Assembly (NCBI GenBank): GCA_041584475.1
Contig: JBFHDX010000005.1
Coordinates: forward strand, 1,932 to 65,931
Reading direction: 5' to 3'
DNA from: Alphaproteobacteria bacterium
GTDB lineage: Bacteria; Pseudomonadota; Alphaproteobacteria; UBA8366; JADFVY01
DNA length: 64,000 bases
Numbering within the stretch: position 1 is the first letter of the stretch; every line of letters begins with the position of its first letter. The position numbers were made by a program, and so were the translations under genes. The notes beneath the pieces were generated by a model. It was not told the origin of the DNA. It did no database searches and saw nothing but the letters and a program-made list of their open reading frames with translations. Positions 1 through 9,800 of the stretch are shown here, one piece after another.

Positions 1-159
1 GAGCTTCTCGGTCCCCCGGTGAAGCAGGCCGATGTGCGGGTCGACGCGTTCGATGACCTCGCCGTCCATTTCCATGACCATGCGCAGCACGCCGTGCGCT
101 GCCGGGTGTTGCGGCCCGAAATTGACGGTTAGGTTCTTGATGTGACTTTCGGCGGCCAT
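1..159 (-). CDS. nuoD: NADH-quinone oxidoreductase subunit D, N-terminal fragment (continues beyond window start)
   Basis: Reverse complement of 1..159 reads [53 protein letters not shown], the conserved NuoD N-terminus. Its ATG (157..159) overlaps the nuoC stop (159..161) as ATGA. Follows nuoA-B-C in operon order. Confidence 0.9.
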   Translation of the reverse strand, partial: MAAESHIKNLTVNFGPQHPAAHGVLRMVMEMDGEVIERVDPHIGLLHRGTEKL

Positions 160-794
160 CACGCGCCCTCCCCTTCGGCCTGCTCTTCGGCCTTCTGCTC
201 CGCCTTTTCGTCACCGGGCAGCTGTTGCGTCATTCCCTCCCACGGGCTGAGGAAGTCGAAGCTGCGAAATTCCTGCGTCAAACGCACAGGCTCGTAGACA
301 ACACGCTGCTGCTCCTCGTCGTAGCGCACCTCGACATAGCCGGTGAGCGGGAAATCCTTGCGCAGGGGATGTCCTTCGAATCCGTAATCGGTGAGAATTC
401 GGCGCAGATCGGGATGGCCGCTGAAGAACACCCCGTACAGGTCCCATGTCTCGCGCTCGAACCAGCCTGCCGTCGGATACAGCGCGGTGACCGACGGTAC
501 CGGCTCGTCCTCGGCAACGCAGACCTTCACGCGGACGCGCTGGTTGTGCCCGAGGCTGAGCAGGTTGTAGACGACCTCGAAACGCTTCTCGCGCTCCGGA
601 TAGTCGACGCCGCAGATATCCAAGAGCATCTTGAACAGGCACTGCGAATCGTCGCGCAGGAACCGCATGACCCGCGGCAGCGATTCCGGCCTCGTTACCA
701 GGACCAGTTCGTCGTTGATCAAGCCCTGGCTGTCGAGTTCATCCGACAGGTGGCCGGCGATATAGTCGCCAAGATCTGCAAGAGCCTGGTTCAT
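159..794 (-). CDS. nuoC: NADH-quinone oxidoreductase subunit C
   Basis: ORF 159..944(-). Internal start [11 protein letters not shown] at 794. Conserved 30-kDa subunit blocks ([66 protein letters not shown]). Lies between nuoB and nuoD. Confidence 0.9.
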   Translation of the reverse strand: MNQALADLGDYIAGHLSDELDSQGLINDELVLVTRPESLPRVMRFLRDDSQCLFKMLLDICGVDYPEREKRFEVVYNLLSLGHNQRVRVKVCVAEDEPVPSVTALYPTAGWFERETWDLYGVFFSGHPDLRRILTDYGFEGHPLRKDFPLTGYVEVRYDEEQQRVVYEPVRLTQEFRSFDFLSPWEGMTQQLPGDEKAEQKAEEQAEGEGA

Positions 795-810
795 GCGCCG
801 CGGCCGGCCC

Positions 811-1368
811 CTAACGGATGATCGTCTCGGTTCGACGGATCTTCTTCTGCAGCTGAAGAATGCCGTAAATGAGCGCTTCGGCCGTGGGTGGACAGCCGGG
901 AACATAGATGTCGACCGGCACGATGCGGTCGCAGCCACGCACAACGGAGTAGGAATAGTGATAATAGCCGCCGCCGTTTGCGCACGAGCCCATTGAGATT
1001 ACCCAGCGCGGCTCGGCCATCTGGTCGTAGACCTTGCGAAGGGCCGGTGCCATTTTGTTCGTCAGCGTTCCGGCGACGATCATGACGTCGGACTGCCGCG
1101 GTGATCCGCGCGGCACAACGCCAAAGCGGTCGAGATCGTAACGCGGCATGTAGGCTTGGATCATCTCGATGGCACAGCAGGCGAGCCCGAAAGTCATCGG
1201 CCACATCGAGCCGGTCCGCGCCCAGTTCGCGGCCCAGTTGATCACCCCGGCCGCCGACGTCATCAAGAAGCCTTTTTCGTTGAGCTCCTTCCCGATCGTG
1301 CGCGAGAGCTGCTCTGGCGTCGTGTCGGCCGCCGGCACGACGCCCGGTTCGGTCGTCCCTACTCCCAT
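811..1368 (-). CDS. nuoB: NADH-quinone oxidoreductase subunit B
   Basis: ORF 811..1593(-). Start chosen at MGVGTTEPG (1368), overlapping the nuoA stop. Conserved PSST-type motifs: [44 protein letters not shown]. Confidence 0.88.
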   Translation of the reverse strand: MGVGTTEPGVVPAADTTPEQLSRTIGKELNEKGFLMTSAAGVINWAANWARTGSMWPMTFGLACCAIEMIQAYMPRYDLDRFGVVPRGSPRQSDVMIVAGTLTNKMAPALRKVYDQMAEPRWVISMGSCANGGGYYHYSYSVVRGCDRIVPVDIYVPGCPPTAEALIYGILQLQKKIRRTETIIR

Positions 1369-1730
1369 TCCAACCCTCCCATCTTCCACTCGTATATGAA
1401 GCCGACGGCGAATACGGCGAGGAATATCACGGCCGACCAGAAGCCGAAGACGCCGATGTCGCCGTGCGGAAGCGTCACCGCCCACGGAAACAGCAACGAG
1501 ATATCGAGGTCGACGATGATGAACAGGATGGCGACCAGATAGAATCGGACATCGAACCGGTGGCGGGCATCTTCGAAGGCCTCGAACCCGCACTCGTAGG
1601 CCGACAGCTTCTCCGGATCGGGTCGCTGACGCGCGATCAGCCAGCTCAACAGAGGAAGCACGCCTGAAACGACGATCGCGACCAGGAGAAAGATCAGGAT
1701 CGGCAGGTATTCGCGCAGCAGATCGTCCAT
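1359..1730 (-). CDS. nuoA: NADH-quinone oxidoreductase subunit A
   Basis: 123-aa membrane protein with the signature [10 protein letters not shown]...[19 protein letters not shown]-like block. First gene of the nuo operon. Confidence 0.9.
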   Translation of the reverse strand: MDDLLREYLPILIFLLVAIVVSGVLPLLSWLIARQRPDPEKLSAYECGFEAFEDARHRFDVRFYLVAILFIIVDLDISLLFPWAVTLPHGDIGVFGFWSAVIFLAVFAVGFIYEWKMGGLEWE

Positions 1731-1992
1731 CGATCGCCCCTAGATATTCTTGGCCTTCCCTTTGTCGGGTCCTTGCCCCGGACCCGTTGGCGGCGGCACT
1801 ATAGGACTCGTTGCCGCCGATGCAAAGGGCAAATCAGCCCTGTTTCCCGTCTGTTCGCGGAGATTTTATTGCAGTGCAAAAGCGATTCGGACGCTTCGGA
1901 ATTGACAACCGCGGGCGACACCCGTGGCGGCCGAATGGCGCCACGGCGCGGGACACGCGCACGCTTCGTCGTTCGACTCCGGTCGCGGCCAA

Positions 1993-2280
1993 ATGTCGCA
2001 GAAGCGCGGACCCGTAACCCTTTACGGGCTCTATGGGTTCACGCACGGCGGCGCTCGCGTGCTGACCATCATGAGCCCGGACGGTGCGACCGCGGCGCTG
2101 AGCGCGGTCGAAGCGGGCGTTGACGTCATCGTTTACTCCGGAACGGGGCAGCTCACGCGTTACCAGGAAAAGCGTTCGGGAGCCCTGCGGCGGCTGGTCC
2201 GGCAGAACGCGGTGGAGGTTCTCTCCAAGGAAGACTGGGATGGCAAGAAGAACGAACTCGGCGATGCCGTGTTCCGCTGA
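1993..2280 (+). CDS. Hypothetical small protein (95 aa from MSQKRGP)
   Basis: ORF 1924..2280(+). GC-rich third positions by eye. No recognisable family. Start uncertain (1924 or 1993). Confidence 0.35.
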   Translation: MSQKRGPVTLYGLYGFTHGGARVLTIMSPDGATAALSAVEAGVDVIVYSGTGQLTRYQEKRSGALRRLVRQNAVEVLSKEDWDGKKNELGDAVFR

Positions 2281-2507
2281 TCGCCCCTGCGGATCGGATC
2301 CACGGTCGCTGCCACAGCTGCCACGCCGAACGGACCGACTCCCAGCGCCCGCGCCGTGGCTTGAAACGGCAAGATTCAACTCGCACCAACGCCGTCGAAT
2401 TGCTACCGTCCAGCGCATACCGACACGCTGCGTAAACCGGAGGCGAGACCGGGCCCGTGCCCCCACTCTCCCGGCGCAGGCGTGCGATCGTCGGCCATGG
2501 AGGCAAG

Positions 2508-2981
2508 ATGCAGAAATCGCTGCTGATCGACCCCGCCAAATGCACGAGCTGTCTGCAGTGCGAAATGGCGTGTTCGCTCGAACATACCGGGGCCTTCAAC
2601 CCCGCGCGCTCACGGATCAAGATCTTCGAATTCGAGCACGGCGCACGCGCCATACCATATACCTGCACCCAGTGCGCTGAGGCCTGGTGCATGCACGCGT
2701 GCCCGGTCGAGGCGATCAGCAAGAACGCGACGACCGGTGCAATGGAAGTGGACGAGGCCGTCTGCGTTGGCTGCAAGGTCTGCACGATCGCCTGCCCGTT
2801 CGGCACGATCAATTACAATCCCGACAGCGGCAAGGTCATCAAATGCGATCTGTGCGGTGGCGATCCCAAATGCGCCGAGGCCTGCCCGACCGAGGCGATC
2901 ACCTACGTGGATGCGGCGTGGACGGGCTATGACCGCATGCGCGACTGGGCCGTGCGGACGCACGGCCAGCCCGACGCGTGA
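2508..2981 (+). CDS. 4Fe-4S dicluster-type ferredoxin subunit with four Cys clusters (AorA-like electron-transfer subunit)
   Basis: ORF 2457..2981(+). ATG at 2508 preceded by GGAGG. Four Cys motifs: CTSCLQCEMAC, CTQCAEAWCMHAC, CVGCKVCTIAC, CDLCGGDPKCAEAC. Lies directly upstream of the AOR gene. Confidence 0.8.
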   Translation: MQKSLLIDPAKCTSCLQCEMACSLEHTGAFNPARSRIKIFEFEHGARAIPYTCTQCAEAWCMHACPVEAISKNATTGAMEVDEAVCVGCKVCTIACPFGTINYNPDSGKVIKCDLCGGDPKCAEACPTEAITYVDAAWTGYDRMRDWAVRTHGQPDA

Positions 2982-3011
2982 CCCGCGACGATCTGCGAAG
3001 GAGTTAGCGAT

Positions 3012-4844
3012 ATGGGTTGGCAAAGGCAGATTCTCCGCGTGAACCTGACCGAGGCCCGTTCCGTCATCGAGCCGCTCAACATGGATTGGGCGCACGATTA
3101 CCTGGGCGAACGCGGCTTGGCGACGAAATATCTCAGCGAATTGATGAACCCGAAGGCGGACCCGATGGGCCCGGAAAACGTGCTGATCTTCGCAACCGGG
3201 CCGCTGACCGGCACGATGTCGTCGACGAGCGGCAGATATGCCGTGATCACCAAGGGTCCGCTGACCAACGCGATCGCCTGTTCCAACTCCGGTGGAAAGT
3301 TCGGAGCCGACCTGAAATATGCTGGATACGACCTTCTTATCGTTGAAGGAAAATCGCCAACGCCGGTGTACCTCCATATCGTCGACGACGATGTCCAGAT
3401 CCTGCCGGCCGACGAGATCTGGGGCACCACGGTCTGGCACACCGAAGAGCTTCTCAAGGCCAAGCATCAGAACCCGCTGCTCAAGGTTGCGTCGATCGGT
3501 GTCGCCGGTGAGCGGGGCGTGCGTTACGCCTGTATCGTGAACGACCTGCATCGCGCCGCCGGCCGGTCGGGCGTCGGTGCCGTCATGGGATCGAAGAACC
3601 TCAAGGCGATCGCGGTACACGGTACGAAGGGCGTCAGGGTCAAGGACCCGGCCGCTTTCATGGCGGCAGTGCGCGAGACGAAGGAACTGCTGGCAGCGAG
3701 CGATGGCCGCAAGAGTCTGACGAAGTACGGCACGAACGCGATGATGGACTCGATGCAGACCTTCGGCGGCCTGCCGACCCGGAATTTCCGCGAGGTTCAG
3801 TTCGAAGGTGCCGACAATGTGAACGCCAAGGCGATGCGGAGGGTCGGACCCGATGGACATCGCAATCTCTTGACGAACAAAGCGTGCTTCGGCTGCACGA
3901 TCGCCTGCGGCCGCATCGCGCACATCAACGAAAAGCACTTCACCATCGTCAACAAACCGAAATACCGACACGCGTCGGGTGGTCTCGAGTATGAGACGGC
4001 CTTCGCGTTCGGACCCATGGTCGGCGTCGACGACATCGATGCGCTGACCTACGCCGGCTTCATGACCAACGAGCACGGCTATGACCCGATCTCGTTCGGA
4101 GGCACGCTGGCGGCGGCGATGGAGCTGTTCGAGATGGGCGTGATCAGCGAGGCGGACACGGACGGCGTGCCGCTGAATTTCGGCAATGCGGAAGCGTTGA
4201 CGACCATGGCGGAGAAGACGGGTCTATACGAGGGATTCGGTCAGGTTCTCGGTCTCGGATCGCGGCTCATGTGCGAGAAGTACGGGCATCCGGAAATCGC
4301 CATGCATGTCAAGGGCCAAGAATTCGCCGGTTACGATTCGCGTGCCCTGCAAGGCATGGGACTTGGCTTCGTGACCAGCAACCGTGGTGCCTGCCACCTC
4401 AAGCATGACGTCTTCGCGGAGGACATGGAGGATCAGACCGGCCAGGGCAAAGCGAAGCCCTGCAAGGATTCGCAGGATCGCATTGCGATGATCGATTCGT
4501 CCGGCCTGTGCCTGTTTACGACGGCGGCGTGGGGCGTCACCGAGTTTCAGAAGCAGATCTCGGCAGCGTGCGAAGGCGACGACTGGACCGAGGAGCGGCT
4601 CGTCGAAATCGGCGAACGCATCTGGAACCTCGAGCGACTATTCAATCTCGAGGCGGGCATTACGGCCAAGGATGACACGTTGCCGAAGCGCTTGCTGGAG
4701 GAGCCCGCGCCGTCAGGGACCGCCAAGGGACGCGTCAACGAACTGACGAAGATGCTGCCCGAATACTACGACCTGCGCGGCTGGACGGCGGAAGGCGAGC
4801 CCACGACACAGACGCTTCAGCGTCTCGGCCTCGCGGAGCGGTAG
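3012..4844 (+). CDS. Aldehyde:ferredoxin oxidoreductase family protein (tungstopterin enzyme family, AorB-like)
   Basis: 610 aa. N-terminus MGWQRQILRVNLTE...EPLNMDWAHDYLGERGLATKYL...LIFATGPLTGT and internal blocks (NLKAIAVHGT, CFGCTIACGR, LEYETAFAFGP, GACHLK) are typical of the AOR family. Confidence 0.88.
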   Translation: MGWQRQILRVNLTEARSVIEPLNMDWAHDYLGERGLATKYLSELMNPKADPMGPENVLIFATGPLTGTMSSTSGRYAVITKGPLTNAIACSNSGGKFGADLKYAGYDLLIVEGKSPTPVYLHIVDDDVQILPADEIWGTTVWHTEELLKAKHQNPLLKVASIGVAGERGVRYACIVNDLHRAAGRSGVGAVMGSKNLKAIAVHGTKGVRVKDPAAFMAAVRETKELLAASDGRKSLTKYGTNAMMDSMQTFGGLPTRNFREVQFEGADNVNAKAMRRVGPDGHRNLLTNKACFGCTIACGRIAHINEKHFTIVNKPKYRHASGGLEYETAFAFGPMVGVDDIDALTYAGFMTNEHGYDPISFGGTLAAAMELFEMGVISEADTDGVPLNFGNAEALTTMAEKTGLYEGFGQVLGLGSRLMCEKYGHPEIAMHVKGQEFAGYDSRALQGMGLGFVTSNRGACHLKHDVFAEDMEDQTGQGKAKPCKDSQDRIAMIDSSGLCLFTTAAWGVTEFQKQISAACEGDDWTEERLVEIGERIWNLERLFNLEAGITAKDDTLPKRLLEEPAPSGTAKGRVNELTKMLPEYYDLRGWTAEGEPTTQTLQRLGLAER

Positions 4845-4848
4845 GCCG

Positions 4849-6105
4849 ATGGACCACGTCGTGCTCGGCGCTGGTCCGGCCGGCGTCATCGCCGCCGAGA
4901 CGCTGCGACGTGTCGATCCCGGCGGATCGGTCACGCTCGTCGGCGACGAGGCTCCTCCGCCCTATTCCCGGATGGCGATCCCCTATCTGCTCGCAGAGGA
5001 CGTCGACGAGCAAGGCACTTACCTGCGCCGTGATATGCGGCACTTCGATCGTGCGGGCATCATGCTCAGGCAGGACCGAGCGACGGGGATCGGGCCGTCC
5101 GAGCGCACGGTATCCCTCGCAAGCGGAGATACCTTGCACTTCGACAGACTGCTGATCGCAACGGGTTCTCGGGCGATCCGGCCGCCTATCACCGGCATCG
5201 ATCTGCCCGGCATCGAGAATTGCTGGACGCTCGAGGATGCACGAAGGATCGCCGCGCGGGCGGTCGCCGGGAAGCAGGTCGTGCTGATCGGCGCCGGTTT
5301 CATCGGCCTGATCGTGCTCGAGGCGCTTGCGGCGCGGAAGGTGGAGCTCACGGTTGTCGAGACGGCGGACAGGATGCTGCCGCGCATGATGGACGATACG
5401 GGGGCCGCCCTGATCAAGCGCTGGTGCGAAGCCAAGAACGTCCGGGTGCTGACGGGAACATCCGTATCCTCGATCGAGGAGCACGGAGAGGGTTTGCGCC
5501 TCGCGCTCGCCGACGGGGAGACGCTCACCGCGCACCTCGTCGTCTGCGCGACCGGCGTGCGGCCGAACCTCGATTTCCTCGACGGCTCCGGTATCGCAAC
5601 GGATGCGGGAGTCCTGGTGGACCGATCCCTGATGACCAATGTCGAAGGGATCTACGCCGCGGGCGATGTTGCGCAGGGACCTGAATTCCCCACGGGCAGC
5701 CAGGCGATCCATGCGATCCAGCCGACGGCAAGCGAGCACGGTCGTATCTCGGCGTTGAACATGGCCGGAATTCGCACCCCGTATCGCGGCAGCCTGGCGA
5801 TGAACGTGCTCAATACGCTTGGGCTTGTCTCCAGCTCGTACGGCCTGTGGGACGGCGTCGACGGCGGCGAGCGGGTCGTCGCCTGCGACGAACAGGCTTT
5901 CCGTTATCTCCGACTGGAATTCGACAAGGACATGCTCGTCGGGGCACTCGCCCTCGGTCTTACACAGCACGTCGGTGTCCTTCGCGGCTTGATACAGACA
6001 CGAACACCGCTGGGCACCTGGAAAGACAGGCTGCTGGAGGATCCGCACCTCGTCATGCATGCCTATCTCGAATGCGCCCAAGGCTCGACCGCACGCTTCA
6101 ATTGA
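4849..6105 (+). CDS. FAD-dependent pyridine nucleotide-disulfide oxidoreductase (AorC-like)
   Basis: 418 aa. Two Rossmann dinucleotide motifs (VVLGAGPAGVIAAE and VVLIGAGFIGLIVLE) plus AAGDVA. Starts 5 nt after the AOR stop. Confidence 0.8.
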   Translation: MDHVVLGAGPAGVIAAETLRRVDPGGSVTLVGDEAPPPYSRMAIPYLLAEDVDEQGTYLRRDMRHFDRAGIMLRQDRATGIGPSERTVSLASGDTLHFDRLLIATGSRAIRPPITGIDLPGIENCWTLEDARRIAARAVAGKQVVLIGAGFIGLIVLEALAARKVELTVVETADRMLPRMMDDTGAALIKRWCEAKNVRVLTGTSVSSIEEHGEGLRLALADGETLTAHLVVCATGVRPNLDFLDGSGIATDAGVLVDRSLMTNVEGIYAAGDVAQGPEFPTGSQAIHAIQPTASEHGRISALNMAGIRTPYRGSLAMNVLNTLGLVSSSYGLWDGVDGGERVVACDEQAFRYLRLEFDKDMLVGALALGLTQHVGVLRGLIQTRTPLGTWKDRLLEDPHLVMHAYLECAQGSTARFN

Positions 6106-6113
6106 TTGCAGGC

Positions 6114-6365
6114 ATGATCATCGCACTGAAGATGTCCGGTTTGCTCACGCGTTACCTTCCCGCCGATGCGAAGGATGGGCGGGCGGATATCGAGCTTCCC
6201 GAGGGCACGACGGTCGCGGGGCTGCTCCGCCAGCTGGGGATTCCGGGCGAAGGCTCTTATCTGATCGTCGTCAATGACTCGACCATTCCGCGCGACAAGC
6301 GGGCTGGGCACGTCCTTTCGGCCGGCGACGCGGTGGCCATCGTACCGCCACTGCGGGGCGGGTGA
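6114..6365 (+). CDS. MoaD/ThiS-family ubiquitin-like sulfur-carrier protein
   Basis: 83 aa from ATG 6114, in frame within ORF 5847..6365. Ends ...GDAVAIVPPLRGG, with the C-terminal Gly-Gly typical of MoaD/ThiS. Confidence 0.7.
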   Translation: MIIALKMSGLLTRYLPADAKDGRADIELPEGTTVAGLLRQLGIPGEGSYLIVVNDSTIPRDKRAGHVLSAGDAVAIVPPLRGG

Positions 6366-6387
6366 CGCCCGCGGGCGCGCGTACCAT

Positions 6388-6417
6388 TCAGCGGTCTGTA
6401 TCTCAGCGGTCTGTATC
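6388..6417. repeat. Perfect 15-bp tandem duplication (tcagcggtctgtatc x2)
   Basis: Direct reading: 6388..6402 is identical to 6403..6417. Located 23 nt after the MoaD-like stop. Confidence 0.9.
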
Positions 6418-6564
6418 GACATCCGCCAACTACGCCGGAGTTGGCCGGCGCCGCATGAATGGCCCATCGGCGAGAGGCCGGCCCGAGTTTCTCATGCCCC
6501 GACTGTTCCCGGTCGGCAACCGCCACAGGCCATGGTTTGAGGAGCAAATTACAGAGGCTTGTTA

Positions 6565-6641
<77 letters not shown>

Positions 6642-6748
6642 CGTATCGGCTCGGGAACGTCCATGTACTGCAGCGCCCGTCCGAGTGTCAAGCACGGTCC
6701 CCAGCGCCATCCCTCGCGATCGGAAGCCTGTGCCGTCTCCCGGGTGCG

Positions 6749-6824
6749 TGGTGGGCGATGACGGGCTCGAACCGCCGACCTTCCGGGTGTAAACCGGACG
6801 CTCTCCCGACTGAGCTAATCGCCC
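6749..6824 (-). tRNA. tRNA-Val (anticodon TAC)
   Basis: Reverse complement GGGCGATTAGCTCAGTCGGGAGAGCGTCCGGTTTACACCCGGAAGGTCGGCGGTTCGAGCCCGTCATCGCCCACCA. Anticodon loop TTTACAC, 7-bp acceptor stem, encoded CCA. Confidence 0.95.
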
Positions 6825-6860
6825 GCCTCACCGATTACAAGACGGCATGACTGAGAAAGC

Positions 6861-6897
6861 AACAGCCGGCCATCCGAGAATCGAATGGCCGGCTGTT
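6861..6897 (-). terminator. Stem-loop terminator downstream of hup (potentially bidirectional)
   Basis: 13-bp perfect inverted repeat, aacagccggccat (6861..6873) and atggccggctgtt (6885..6897). T-rich flank on both strands (GTTTTC on plus, GCTTTCTC on minus). Starts 20 nt after the hup stop. Confidence 0.6.
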
Positions 6898-6916
6898 TTC
6901 GTTATGTCAAGGACGA

Positions 6917-7189
6917 TCAGTTGACCGCTTCCTTGAGGCCCTTTCCGGCCTTGAACTTCGGCTGCTTCGACGCAGGAATATGGATACGGGCCCCGGTGCG
7001 CGGGTTCCGCCCCATCGATGCCTTGCGCTGCATGACGTTGAACGTACCAAAGCCGACGAGGCGAACGTCATCGCCACGCCTCAGTGCCTTGGTGATGCTA
7101 TCGAACACTGCGTCAACCGCCCGCGTGGCGTCGGCCTTCGAAAGGCCGGACTCACTGGCGACAGACGAAATGAGATCATTCTTATTCAC
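6917..7189 (-). CDS. hup: DNA-binding protein HU
   Basis: 90 aa from GTG at 7189: VNKNDLISSVASESGLSKADATRAVDAVFDSITKALRRGDDVRLVGFGTFNVMQRKASMGRNPRTGARIHIPASKQPKFKAGKGLKEAVN, a canonical HU sequence. The longer ORF to 7369 is an upstream read-through. Confidence 0.88.
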   Translation of the reverse strand: MNKNDLISSVASESGLSKADATRAVDAVFDSITKALRRGDDVRLVGFGTFNVMQRKASMGRNPRTGARIHIPASKQPKFKAGKGLKEAVN

Positions 7190-7391
7190 TGCAGAACCCC
7201 CTTCTGGACAGGGAATGGTGTGGGTCGTATTGCTTGTTAGGTCGTCTCCGGAAGACGGGCCTGAGTGTACTTGGGTTTGCCATCGGCCGTCAACGCCAGA
7301 ACCGCAGAAATCCTCGCTTTTCCACAACAAATGACGCCCCGGGAGGGGTCCAGGGGCGCCAATTTCCATTTCTCGTCGTCTTTTCGGCCGC

Positions 7392-9800
7392 TTAGTGGGT
7401 CGTCAGCGTGCCCCGATCGTCCGTTTCGCCCTGCTGAGCAACGGTTTCCGCGTCGGCCTTCCATTCGATCGCAGTCAGCGGTTCCACCAGTGCGTTTTCT
7501 AGAACTTGGTCGACCGTCGTGACTGCTACGATTTCAAGGTTTTCCTTAACGTTGTCAGGAATCTCGGCGAGATCCTTAACATTGTCGCTTGGAATCAGCA
7601 CGATCTTGATGCCACCACGCAATGCGGCAAGCAGCTTTTCTTTCAGGCCACCGATCGGCAGCACGCGGCCACGAAGCGTGATTTCCCCGGTCATCGCAAT
7701 GTCGCGCCGGACCGGAATGCCGGTCAGCACCGATACGATCGACGTCACCATGGCCGTTCCGGCCGACGGCCCGTCCTTGGGCGTCGCCCCTTCCGGCACA
7801 TGGACGTGGATGTCGGTCTTGCCGAACACCGGCGGTTCGATGCCGAAGGACGGGGCGCGGCTCTTGACGTAACTCTCCGCCGCTTGGACCGACTCCTGCA
7901 TCACGTCGCCCAGCTTTCCGGTCTTCAGCACCCGTCCCTTGCCCGGGACGCTTACCGACTCGATCGTGAGCAGTTCACCGCCGAACTCGGTCCAAGCCAG
8001 ACCGGTAACGACGCCGACGAGGTCCTTCTCCTCGAGTTCACCGTAGCGGTATTTGCGGACACCCGCGAACTTGTCGAGACTCGCCGGCGTCACCTCGACC
8101 GACTTTTCGTCGCCCTCGCTGAGCAGGATTTCCTTGATCGCCTTGCGCGTCAGGCTGGCAATCTCGCGCTCGAGGTTGCGAACGCCTGCCTCGCGCGTGT
8201 AGTACCGGATCAGATCGCGCAGAGCTTCCTCGGTAATGCTCCACTCATCTTCCTTCAGACCGTTCTGCTTCATCTGCTTGGGAATGAGGTAGCGAACGGC
8301 GATCTGCACCTTTTCATCCTCGGTGTATCCCGGAATCCGGATGACCTCCATGCGGTCGAGCAGAGGCTGCGGCATGCGCAACGTATTCGCCGTCGTGATG
8401 AACATCACGTCGGAGAGGTCGTAGTCGACCTCGAGATAATGATCCGCGAAGGTGCTGTTCTGCTCGGGATCGAGCACTTCCAGCAGGGCCGACGAGGGAT
8501 CTCCCCGCCAGTCGGCGCCGAGCTTGTCTATCTCGTCGAGCAGGAACAGGGGATTCGAAGATTTCGCCTTCTTCATTCCCTGGACGATCTTGCCCGGCAT
8601 CGAACCGATATAGGTTCGACGATGACCACGGATTTCCGCTTCGTCGCGTACGCCGCCGAGCGACATGCGGACGAAATTGCGCCCGGTGGCGCGCGCGATC
8701 GACTTGCCCAAAGAGGTCTTGCCGACGCCTGGCGGTCCGACCAAACACAGGATCGGACCCTTGACCTTGTCGGTCCGATTTTGCACCGCAAGGTACTCGA
8801 GAATACGCTCCTTCACTTTCTCGAGCCCGTAATGGTCATCGTCGAGGACCTTGTGCGCGACCTTCAGGTCGCGCTTGGTCTTGGTCGGCTTCTTCCAAGG
8901 AATGTTCAGTAGCCAGTCGAGGTAGTTCCTGACGACGGTGGCCTCCGCCGACATGGGACTCATCGAGCGAAGCTTCTTGAGCTCGGCTTCGGATTTCTCG
9001 CGGGCTTCCTTGGAGAGCTTGACCGAGCGGATCTTCGATTCCAGTTCCGACAACTCGTCGCGACCGTCCTCGGTCTCGCCCAGTTCCTTCTGAATCGCCT
9101 TTAGCTGCTCGTTCAGATAGTACTCGCGCTGGGTCTTCTCCATCTGCCGCTTGACGCGGTTGCGGATACGCTTTTCCACCTGCAGGACGCTGATCTCGCC
9201 TTCCATGAACGCGTAAACGCGCTCGAGCCGCTCCAACGTGCTCTCGGTTTCAAGCAGCTGCTGTTTGTCCGAGATCTTGAGCGTCAGATGCTGGGCGACG
9301 GTGTCGGCAAGCTTGTTCGGCTCCTCGATCTGGTTGATCGAGATCAGCACCTCCGCCGGAATTTTCTTGTTCAGCTTGATGTACTGCTCAAACTGCGAGA
9401 CCACCGCACGGCCAAGCGCCTCCAGTTCCTGGGGGTCCTCCTCGACCTCTTCGAGCGGGTCGGCATAGACCTGGAAGAAATGGGGATTGTCGGTGAACCG
9501 CCGGATCCTCGCCCGCTGTCCTCCTTCGACAAGCACCTTTACCGTGCCGTCCGGCAGCTTCAGCAGCTGCAGTACCGTGCCGATGGTGCCGACCGTGTAG
9601 ATGTCTGACGGCGTCGGATCATCCTGCGAGGCGTTCTTCTGGGTGACAAGCAGGATCTGCTTGTCGTCCTTCATGACGTCCTCGAGCGCCTTGACCGACT
9701 TCTCGCGCCCGACGAAGAGCGGCACGATCATGTGCGGAAAGACGACTATGTCACGTAGTGGCAGGACCGGATAGGTGACGCCGCGCGGAATTTCAAGCAT
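7392..9800 (-). CDS. lon: ATP-dependent Lon protease
   Basis: 802 aa. LON N-domain (YPVLPLRDIVVFPHMIVPLFVGREKS), Walker A GPPGVGKTS, and protease-domain catalytic Ser context PKDGPSAGTAMVTS. Confidence 0.95.
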   Translation of the reverse strand: MLEIPRGVTYPVLPLRDIVVFPHMIVPLFVGREKSVKALEDVMKDDKQILLVTQKNASQDDPTPSDIYTVGTIGTVLQLLKLPDGTVKVLVEGGQRARIRRFTDNPHFFQVYADPLEEVEEDPQELEALGRAVVSQFEQYIKLNKKIPAEVLISINQIEEPNKLADTVAQHLTLKISDKQQLLETESTLERLERVYAFMEGEISVLQVEKRIRNRVKRQMEKTQREYYLNEQLKAIQKELGETEDGRDELSELESKIRSVKLSKEAREKSEAELKKLRSMSPMSAEATVVRNYLDWLLNIPWKKPTKTKRDLKVAHKVLDDDHYGLEKVKERILEYLAVQNRTDKVKGPILCLVGPPGVGKTSLGKSIARATGRNFVRMSLGGVRDEAEIRGHRRTYIGSMPGKIVQGMKKAKSSNPLFLLDEIDKLGADWRGDPSSALLEVLDPEQNSTFADHYLEVDYDLSDVMFITTANTLRMPQPLLDRMEVIRIPGYTEDEKVQIAVRYLIPKQMKQNGLKEDEWSITEEALRDLIRYYTREAGVRNLEREIASLTRKAIKEILLSEGDEKSVEVTPASLDKFAGVRKYRYGELEEKDLVGVVTGLAWTEFGGELLTIESVSVPGKGRVLKTGKLGDVMQESVQAAESYVKSRAPSFGIEPPVFGKTDIHVHVPEGATPKDGPSAGTAMVTSIVSVLTGIPVRRDIAMTGEITLRGRVLPIGGLKEKLLAALRGGIKIVLIPSDNVKDLAEIPDNVKENLEIVAVTTVDQVLENALVEPLTAIEWKADAETVAQQGETDDRGTLTTH

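Noticed and set aside
2610-6081. Long antisense ORFs 2610..4076(-) 488 aa and 4735..6081(-) 448 aa opposite the AOR and FAD subunit genes
   Set aside because: These are typical high-GC shadow ORFs with Arg/Gly/Asp-rich, domain-less products. The plus-strand frames have clear family motifs.
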